Source of the DNA: an uncultured virus (IMG/VR IMGVR_UViG_2675903231_000002)
Taxonomy: Duplodnaviria; Heunggongvirae; Uroviricota; Caudoviricetes
Length of the DNA stretch: 64,000 nucleotides
Reading direction: 5' to 3' (one strand)
IMG/VR virus record: IMGVR_UViG_2675903231_000002
Shown here: positions 38,610 through 46,800 of the stretch, piece after piece
Layout of the letters: each line of letters opens with the position of its first letter
Numbering within the stretch: position 1 is the stretch's first letter
Program-made: the position numbers and the translations under genes
The notes under the pieces: model-generated
Told to the model about the DNA's origin: nothing
The model's database searches: none
The model's input: only the letters and a program-made list of their open reading frames with translations

Positions 38610-39053
38610 TCAATCCCGTACATACAGGCGATACACTGTGCTGCATTTGTGCGGCTGTTCGCTGCGCGCGTGCTCGGGGAGACGTGATTCCTCCAAAGCA
38701 GCGAAGAAATCTTCCCGGTTCAGACAGTAGAAATAGAACTTGTGCCCCTTTTGAGGCAGTGGGCTCTCGGTAATCAAGACCACATCCGGGAACGAAATCA
38801 CGATGTGACTTCCGTCTTCGGCACGAAGCGCGAGGAAGACGACGGCGCCGTGGACAGCGCTTTCGACTTTGACGAACTCGACCGTATAAGTTTTCTCGTC
38901 GGTTAAACCGGGGTCAATTGCAACGTCGACACGTGATCCCTTGCGTACAACAGACAGGAAATAGTCCACAGACACCGCAGGTTCAAGCTCCGGATTCACA
39001 GCGATGAATTTTTCGACGTCTGGAATACGTTGAGCGTCATGTAAATAGCTCAT
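38610..39053 (-). CDS. hypothetical protein
   Basis: 147-aa ORF with RBS. Confidence 0.5.
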   Translation of the reverse strand: MSYLHDAQRIPDVEKFIAVNPELEPAVSVDYFLSVVRKGSRVDVAIDPGLTDEKTYTVEFVKVESAVHGAVVFLALRAEDGSHIVISFPDVVLITESPLPQKGHKFYFYCLNREDFFAALEESRLPEHARSEQPHKCSTVYRLYVRD

Positions 39054-39190
39054 CGAGGATCCCCTTTCGTGCCGTTATTCACGTGCAATCCTTTCCGGTT
39101 ATTTGTTATTTTCTCGTTTTTCCTGCAATCACCTGTTTCTCGAAGACGTACGGGGGTGTCTCAAACGTGTGTAACCTCTGGCATCAGAGT

Positions 39191-40339
39191 TCAGCTCGTT
39201 GATTCAGACCAGTTGATAACCCGGAATTCAATGGGTGCGTAGTTCCCGCGCATACTCCTCCACTTTTCAAGAGTCTGTTTTTCCTCTTCGCTGACCACGA
39301 ATACGACCCGTCGTACGACGCCACGAGCCGCGTTCGCCGGCATGGTGATGAGAGACGCCATGTGACCCAAAGTGGTGCCGTACGTGGTGTCCACGTGCAG
39401 CGTTGTGCTGTCGTTGAACATCACCCATCGAAAAGGAATCTGGTGGTGGTGCAGCTCCTGTACGTTCCACCCTTTCGCTTGGAGGCGCTGAAACATGGGC
39501 TGCATCACCGCTGTGTTGTCTCCGTGGAGCGCGGCGTTCATCCATGTCGGGTGGTCCAGGCTGTATTCGTAGGGCAGGATCATGAGGTTCTGGTACGCCC
39601 CGTACAGGGTCTGCATGGCCATCGGGAAAAACCGTTCGTAGCTGTCGAGCCCAAGGAACAACACCGGTTCAAAGTGATCGAGCAGCTTTTCAGGGAAGGC
39701 TCTGCGCACGTAGTTGGCGTATCCTCGCGCCGACTTGAGATACAGACCGACGCAGAGATCCTTTCCGCTGCACCGACGGATGAATCCGGACGCAGCCGGC
39801 CTGTGCCGCCAAGCCCCTTTGAGTTCCCTCGCTTGGGATGTGTCAGCATCCTGTGCGGGTTCCCAGGCTCGATGTCGGCCCAGCCAATACAAGACACTCT
39901 CCCATTGGAGATCCGTTCCGCCGACCCGATGTGCGGCTGCCATTACGTCCGCCATTTGAAGTGCCCTCAGTAAGTTGTTTGGTGCCATGTGGTTGGGTCT
40001 ATCCGCGTAGCCCCATCCGTTCACACCGAGGACTTCTTCTATCTCGGCTACCCCATGGGGATTGAGGTGCAGCACATCAACATGGTGAGTTTCTCTCCAA
40101 CGGCCTCCTCGGTACAGGCGTATGCCGGAATGATGGCGCCGCCCCGTGTATCCCGTGCGATCCAGAATGCGCGTGACTGTATTCAAGCTGCCCACACCGG
40201 TCAAGTCCCGCAACTGATCCACCGTCAGCCTCTGGTGCATGTATAAAGCTCGCATCATCTCCTGAGCCTTCGCCAGTGTTTGCGGTCGCATGGCGGCCGG
40301 CCTCAATTGCAACGTTCGTGCCGTCACGTCTCTTCTCAT
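39191..40339 (-). CDS. Replication-relaxation-family-like protein (wHTH N-terminus)
   Basis: 'LYMHQRLTVDQLRDL...LNPHG' pattern; position near T4SS genes. Confidence 0.45.
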   Translation of the reverse strand: MRRDVTARTLQLRPAAMRPQTLAKAQEMMRALYMHQRLTVDQLRDLTGVGSLNTVTRILDRTGYTGRRHHSGIRLYRGGRWRETHHVDVLHLNPHGVAEIEEVLGVNGWGYADRPNHMAPNNLLRALQMADVMAAAHRVGGTDLQWESVLYWLGRHRAWEPAQDADTSQARELKGAWRHRPAASGFIRRCSGKDLCVGLYLKSARGYANYVRRAFPEKLLDHFEPVLFLGLDSYERFFPMAMQTLYGAYQNLMILPYEYSLDHPTWMNAALHGDNTAVMQPMFQRLQAKGWNVQELHHHQIPFRWVMFNDSTTLHVDTTYGTTLGHMASLITMPANAARGVVRRVVFVVSEEEKQTLEKWRSMRGNYAPIEFRVINWSESTS

Positions 40340-40565
40340 CCTCCTGTTTCAATGTGCCTCCTACGGTTGTAGCGGGGTCCAACAAATTGTTGCACCCCGC
40401 TACCTCGGGCTTCTGTTTTGGAGAGTTCAAGCCAATAGTAGATGGGGTTTTCGCTGTCATTACGCGGATTATCCCTGTATTTTTGCCATCGAAATTTCAT
40501 GGAAAGTTACCACCATGTGGACTCTCCATATTTTTTATGGCCCATAAACCATGTTCCGTTGGAGT

Positions 40566-41405
40566 TCATGGCAACGTCTCATCTCGTTCAACACCATCCA
40601 TCGCTCGGACTGTGATGGACACACGCGGGGCTTCCTGACGCATGTGATAGTGCAGCATAAATATAATGTGTTCTGCATCATCATCCACCAGGAAACGCCG
40701 GTTCACCAAAGCGTCGAGGATGGGGCGAATCCAAAAATGATCCGGGTCGAGAGGTTCAGGGTGCTCCACAAAAATGTCCACCCGAACAGCCACCCGCCAA
40801 AACGGGGACTTCATGTGCGCAGGTCTCTCACGCTCCAGTGAGCGTATCAGGGAACCCCACGCGTCTCGCACGGTATTCAAACTTTGCAGGCCGGAAATCC
40901 TTTTGCTCCGAACGAGGAACCAATCACTCATGCTGACCATGGAATAAGGCATGTGAATGGTGAACCCGTTTTCCAGCCAGTCCACCGTGATTCCGAAATC
41001 CAGAGGTGTCTTTGCGTTTTCCTCAATCCCTCGGACGATGGAAGTCGCGATTATTCGGTTCAGGGCGTCCCTCAAACCACGCAATCGGAATGCCAAGTTG
41101 TCGACGAGAACATCAGGGAACCCCGCTTTGGAGGCGTCTCCAGAACTCTTTGTCTCGGATTCCATCAGTTTGGCCGACATGTTCAGAAGTCTTTTAGTCT
41201 GCTCGGGATCAAAAGCACGTCGCTCTCGGATCCAGTCTCTCAGTTGCTCTATCGCATCCTGCACTTCATTCAGTTGTTCATTAACCAATCGGACATTCTC
41301 AGGCCCTCGTGACACGTCCTTATCACCCCTGAACGACGCTCTTCCAACGTTTGAGCCAGGCGCGTCTGACACTGTCGAACTTTGTCGGACATCTTGGTCA
41401 GACAT
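40566..41405 (-). CDS. protein with RusA-like C-terminal domain
   Basis: 'LDPDHFWIRPILDALV...LVDDD'. Confidence 0.55.
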   Translation of the reverse strand: MSDQDVRQSSTVSDAPGSNVGRASFRGDKDVSRGPENVRLVNEQLNEVQDAIEQLRDWIRERRAFDPEQTKRLLNMSAKLMESETKSSGDASKAGFPDVLVDNLAFRLRGLRDALNRIIATSIVRGIEENAKTPLDFGITVDWLENGFTIHMPYSMVSMSDWFLVRSKRISGLQSLNTVRDAWGSLIRSLERERPAHMKSPFWRVAVRVDIFVEHPEPLDPDHFWIRPILDALVNRRFLVDDDAEHIIFMLHYHMRQEAPRVSITVRAMDGVERDETLP

Positions 41406-41433
41406 TGTCGGACGTTGTCAGACATTGCTGGGC

Positions 41434-41805
41434 TCATGGATCATCAAACATTTCAAACACGTTACCCCAGACTTCCTCCTCGTTGCTCTCGGGACTCTGA
41501 CGTGGCATAGCGATCTCCGTAGGAGCCGGCTGAATCTGGTGAATCGGAGTTGACGATTCGGTCGCAGTCACAGCACTCCCCACGCTTGGGGCCGCTTGGA
41601 CCATGGGCTTCACAATCAAAGACCGATTCCAATGACAGTCGGCCCCTTGCAGGTCCCTGTACAGACGTTCCAACGCCACCAACACAATCCGCTGAAACCC
41701 GTATCCTTGGTACTGCCGGTTCAGCCAGCTCAAGAAATCAGGATCTATGTCTGCCGGAATTCGAACCGCGAACCGGCTCTGATACGTCAGCTCACGCTTG
41801 TGCAT
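41434..41805 (-). CDS. putative ParR-like adaptor
   Basis: Small gene coupled to parM; RHH-like N-terminus and acidic tail. Confidence 0.55.
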   Translation of the reverse strand: MHKRELTYQSRFAVRIPADIDPDFLSWLNRQYQGYGFQRIVLVALERLYRDLQGADCHWNRSLIVKPMVQAAPSVGSAVTATESSTPIHQIQPAPTEIAMPRQSPESNEEEVWGNVFEMFDDP

Positions 41806-42925
41806 GCTGCATCAACTCGGGGAACTCTCTCTTCATGGCTTGCTCGGCGATCAGGTACATCCCCTCCGCGTTGAGCCAACGGGATTCGCTTAGGTCATTA
41901 AGGAAGTTCAGCATCACGTGATCCCGTTGTGCCTTCTGTTGCAGATAGGAATGGAACAGAGCGGCCCCGCCGCCGATGACCCAGAACTGCTCGATGTTCG
42001 GCACGCGCTGCCATTTCTCGCGGATCAAGGCATAGAGGCTGTGCGCCGCTGCCGCCAGGTGTTCCTCGATCAATGGACGCAGACTGTACGTGCGACCCAT
42101 GAGTGATACCGTGTCTCGTCCTTGTTCCAGGAAGCGTTCCAGCTCCATGCGTCCACCCACAAACGCCGTCGGAACCTGGGTGAACTCTCGAATCCGCAGT
42201 AACAATTCATCCATCACGCTCGCGGTACCGAACTGGGCTCCGCTGGACAGCGCGGGGTCAATATTCACCCCACGGAAGACAGGAAACTCAGTGCTTAACT
42301 CGCCAACTTCCGCCAACCCAATCAGAGGCTTGGTCGATAGCGTGGTCGCAATGCTGGGGATGTTTCGCATCAACCACACATACGCCGTGTGGCCCTCGAG
42401 GTGCACCCTCGGATAAACGCGCAGGTGCACGGATACACCGGCCCACGGCGATGGATCCTGAAACGTCACCCAATGCTCCCCACGCAACTTGTCCTCAAAT
42501 CGCCGGCGAGACCCCTTCTGAAAGGACTCCACCAGACTGGCCCCCGAGACGGCGTACAAATCAGCCTCCAACTCCCGTCGTGGCGAACCATTTGCCTCTA
42601 CTTCATGCTGTACAACCGCCGCAGCCAGGCCCACGAGGTACACAATCGCAGATTGTTGGCTGAGTGTCTTGTGATCCGTTGGCAGCATGTACCGGGCCAT
42701 TGTGCCCTGTGTAGCAGCCAATCGGCCGACGTACCAGTGCCTTGCATCCCCTACAAGCGAGGAATCCACGATCACATTGAGAGCATCCAGTGGATCTGCA
42801 ATCTCTCCGTACTCAGGCTGCATGCCACCAATCGCTATGACGTTGGGGATCATCAGCCTCGTACTACCAAAACGTACCTTGACGGCTCCGTTGCCCAGAT
42901 CAATTCCGATTGGTTTCATCTTCAT
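41792..42925 (-). CDS. ParM/StbA-family actin-like partition ATPase
   Basis: IGIDLGNGAVK and VIGGGA actin-fold motifs. Confidence 0.88.
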   Translation of the reverse strand: MKMKPIGIDLGNGAVKVRFGSTRLMIPNVIAIGGMQPEYGEIADPLDALNVIVDSSLVGDARHWYVGRLAATQGTMARYMLPTDHKTLSQQSAIVYLVGLAAAVVQHEVEANGSPRRELEADLYAVSGASLVESFQKGSRRRFEDKLRGEHWVTFQDPSPWAGVSVHLRVYPRVHLEGHTAYVWLMRNIPSIATTLSTKPLIGLAEVGELSTEFPVFRGVNIDPALSSGAQFGTASVMDELLLRIREFTQVPTAFVGGRMELERFLEQGRDTVSLMGRTYSLRPLIEEHLAAAAHSLYALIREKWQRVPNIEQFWVIGGGAALFHSYLQQKAQRDHVMLNFLNDLSESRWLNAEGMYLIAEQAMKREFPELMQHAQA

Positions 42926-43099
42926 GTGCTCCTTTCTCTTCGGCCGAAGTACCTTATAACGCAACACGGACGGCTATCCGCCTGACGATCAATTGCTGGT
43001 AAAGCCTAAAAAGAATCCGACCGCAAAGGCCACCGCCCCGACAATAAGCAACGAAACGAGGCTGCCCAGTAACTGACGTCCCATGGTGAAGCACTCCCC

Positions 43100-43756
43100 T
43101 CATAAAACTCCCAGTCGTACCGGACTTGCCTCTCGTCTGAGGTTATCTGCCGGCATCGGTCGACCGAGATAAAACCCCTGTACGTAACGCACGGGTAAGC
43201 GCCGAACAAATTCAAGATCCTCAGCAGTCTCAACGCCTTCAGCCAGCAAACAAAAATCAGGTCGTTTCACGGTCTGAGTAAGTGCCTTTACTTCTCCACA
43301 CTGAGTCCAGAATTGACGATCGAGTTTAACAAACTGCGGGCGTATCCAACTCAGGGCCTCCACATTACTATGGCCAGTCCCAAAGTCATCCAGCGCCAGA
43401 CGAACACCTTGGGCTTTCAATGGACTGATATCAAGACCCACTAAAACGTCTCGCTCGGTCAACTCAATCACAACCCGCTCCGGTGGCAACGCAAGTGGCC
43501 ACGGCTCCCATGTACTCGGATCGGTAACGGTCACTGGCTCCGCATTTAGAAACAGCAGTTGGTCTCGTTCCAACCATGTGGCCGCTTGGACAGAAGCCTG
43601 GAACATGATCCAGCGGTCCAGAGCCACGATTCGTTTCTCTCGACGGGCCGTCTCGATTGCCTCTAACGGTGAGCCATGTGCTGGACGCAACAGGGCTTCA
43701 TATCCGAAGATGCAACCATTGTGTAGATCGAAAATGGGTTGATAGACAATGTCCAA
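43100..43756 (-). CDS. EAL-domain c-di-GMP phosphodiesterase
   Basis: YQPI, YEALLR, IELTE, ALDDFGTG, VKLD, AEGVET, QGFY. Confidence 0.93.
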   Translation of the reverse strand: MDIVYQPIFDLHNGCIFGYEALLRPAHGSPLEAIETARREKRIVALDRWIMFQASVQAATWLERDQLLFLNAEPVTVTDPSTWEPWPLALPPERVVIELTERDVLVGLDISPLKAQGVRLALDDFGTGHSNVEALSWIRPQFVKLDRQFWTQCGEVKALTQTVKRPDFCLLAEGVETAEDLEFVRRLPVRYVQGFYLGRPMPADNLRREASPVRLGVL

Positions 43757-43891
43757 CGGGGCACCCCCTCTGCCTCTTCATTGTCGAGGATGTGAAGAGA
43801 CCAGAGGGCGCAAAAACGGTGCAATTTCAGTAGTGTCGCGGACGTAAAAAAGCCCCGCGTTTGAAGCGGGGCCCCCACGAATATGCAGGTG

Positions 43892-46800
43892 TTACGGCTG
43901 CGAAGGTTGGACGAAATACCACTGAGGTCGATCTGCTGTCACGAGAAAGTCGTTGTTAACGAGGTCATTCTCGCCACAATCGTCATAGGCTTTGATGGTG
44001 ACACTGATGTGTACCCCGTCAGGGAGTTTCGGCATGATGGTCTCTCCCTGCCAGAACTGCGGCAGATTGGACGCCGGGTGCATTTCCACCGTCCATGAGG
44101 TATCGCCCTGCGCGTCTACTGTGCCTACACTGGCTCCGCCGTTGACCGAAAACACCGCCTCCACCTTGGTGGGTTGTGCGTCCGGGAACTTCACCGCAAA
44201 GGCGAATGGTGCTTGCACTCGAAGCGGGATAGGTGCGTACCCGAGCATCTCATTGGTCACAGGTAGGTGCACCTGGTTTCCTGGATACTGCTGCGTCAGT
44301 TGATCTGTCGGGTTGAAAATCCCGTCCACTTCGAGATTAGTGATGGTAAGTGGCACCCTTTTTGTATCGGTCAGTTCACCGTTCGTATAGGTCTCGTAAA
44401 TCTCCGTGCCATCTCCACTTGGATCACAGCTGATCGTGGAGTACGAATCCCCTACCCTGCCTTGTCCGGTATCCGTCACCGTCACTTGATTGCTTGCTGC
44501 CAATACCACGCCTTGTTTGTCTACCAGTAGAGCAATGTACTGAAGCGATGTCCCGGGTACCGGACTGTATGGGACCGAAATGCTTAGGCCGTCCGAGTTC
44601 GGCTTCCATGTCGTGGAGACGGCCTTTTGCCACGTCTGGACAATCCGGATGTCCACTGTAGCAGAACCGCCAAGACTCTGATTCACGAAGTCAGCATCCG
44701 TTTGGACGAAGGTCACCTTGAACTGCGTCTGAGCAGGATATGTGACATTCTCCGGTAAAGCTTGCAGTGTGAAATTGTCGGGTGGCGTGACGTTGTTGAA
44801 CCACGTTACGGACACTGGCGACGATGTAGCAGAGACGTTCTGCGCCGGCGTAGTCACCGTATACGACTGTTGTTGGTAGATCGGCTGACTTGGGTTTTCC
44901 TGCAACACGTATTCCGTCCAGTTCCAGGTGCCGACCGCACCGGAAAACCAGCCGTTTGGAAGCTGCAACACATATCCAGTAGTTGTCCATCCCGACGGGT
45001 TAGACGTGGATAGTATGGTTTGTCCACCGGATGTAACAGTCAAGCTCACTCCGGCAGAATTGTTGCTTGTACTGGCAAATCCGTTATTGTTCATGGCCTC
45101 AATAATGACCTGGTGCCGTCCGGCGGGCAGAGTGATCGTGGCACTGGATGTGTTGGGTATACTGCCCCCGACACCCCCAGAGTTACCACTTTGCATGACC
45201 GGCTGACCGTCCACGTAAACCTGAGCATAGTCATTAACGTAGGGCACAGAAAGCGTGATCGACTGTGTTTGCGACAAGCTAAACGTTGATTGGAAAAAGA
45301 CTGTTCCGTTCGGCTGTGACGTCGAATTTGATACCCAAATTGAACCACCGTAGCTACCGGCTTGCGCTTGTTGAGTGAACACCGATGTCGGGACGTAACT
45401 CGGTGCATTCTGGAATGTCCAGAAGGCAAAGTCGTTTGACACCGTCCGCGTCACTGTTAGAGGTATAAACCCGCTTCCGGGCGTCAAGTTTCCCGGAAAA
45501 GGAGTAACCGTGCCCGACGAAAGAGAATACTCCGAGAGAACTATAGGAGGATTTGACTGATTCCACGGACTATAGTTCGGTGGCACATAGTACCCAATTA
45601 ACCCATTGGAATATGGATCATACGCAATATCTAACATGTCCACCGGCAATGACCATAGTTGACCGGATGGTGTGAACTCTAATGAATTAAAGTTGGAATA
45701 GAAACCTGAAGCCTGAATTCCGTTGACATATAGATTCCCAGATACAGTATCCACAACAGAGGGCGACTGATACTCATACCAAGCCTGATTGGTACTGATA
45801 TCATTGTAAGGGGACGACGGAGATTGTCTTGGATCCCACAATATCCAATAAGGGTTGTATAAATTGACACCGCCCTCAAATAGAACATCCTGATTTGCAG
45901 GGTCATAGATCAACCAACCAATATCCCCGTGACCACCAGCATTGCCAATAGGCGTCCAAGTCTTCGTGGTGAATGAATACACATAGAGATCATTGTCCAC
46001 GGAGTCTCCTTGATGACTAGCGTGAACTGATTCATAAACCAAATTCAAAGGCGGGTAATAAGTGAAACCTGCCATATGACCATCACCAAATGGTGGATGA
46101 TCAACTGGACTGGACCAAAGACCCGTTGATAAATTCAATACCGCAAATTGGCCGCTGGAGTTGTACGCGATAATGCTGTTTGTTAAGGAATTGTATCCAT
46201 TCGGTACCGCGCTCCCAACGGGAGAAGGATAGTCGGTCCAAGCCCCTGTAGCAATCTTATATGATGCAATTCCATCCGATGATTGAACCCAAACAACGCC
46301 GTTATTTGGAATACCGACTGTGTTTGGATACCCCTGGACATATGACGGTGTTGCAATAGGCGTTAGTGTCCCAGTTGAAGTATTGAATACTTCAAGTTGA
46401 CGACTTGTGGAATTGTATCCATAGACAAGCTCAGTGTAAAAAGCGGCCCCACTCAATCCTGGTATTTGCGGATTCCCAGGTTGGACCACCCGGGCGACAT
46501 ACGTATCTGTCTCCACCTGATTCTTGGTTTGCAATGCGTTAAGCACAGTCTGCCCTGGCTGGCCGGTGGCGATGGTCTGCCCCGTCGTCTGATCCACAAT
46601 GTCGATCACATACCCGGAAGGCAGATTCGCTGCTGTAGCCGTCAGCACCGATGTGTTGTTGATTGGCAGCTGCGTGGGATTCGCAGTCAATGTGATCCCA
46701 TACCAATCCACAGAGACCGTGTTGCTGCTGATCAAAGCACCCGACGTACCGGAATTCGACGAGATATAAGCCACAAACGTGTCCGTCCGCGGTATTGACT

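Noticed and set aside
42970..43095. c-di-GMP riboswitch near the EAL gene
   Set aside because: The conserved GGCAAAC/GAAA/GACGCAAAGC arrangement was not found.
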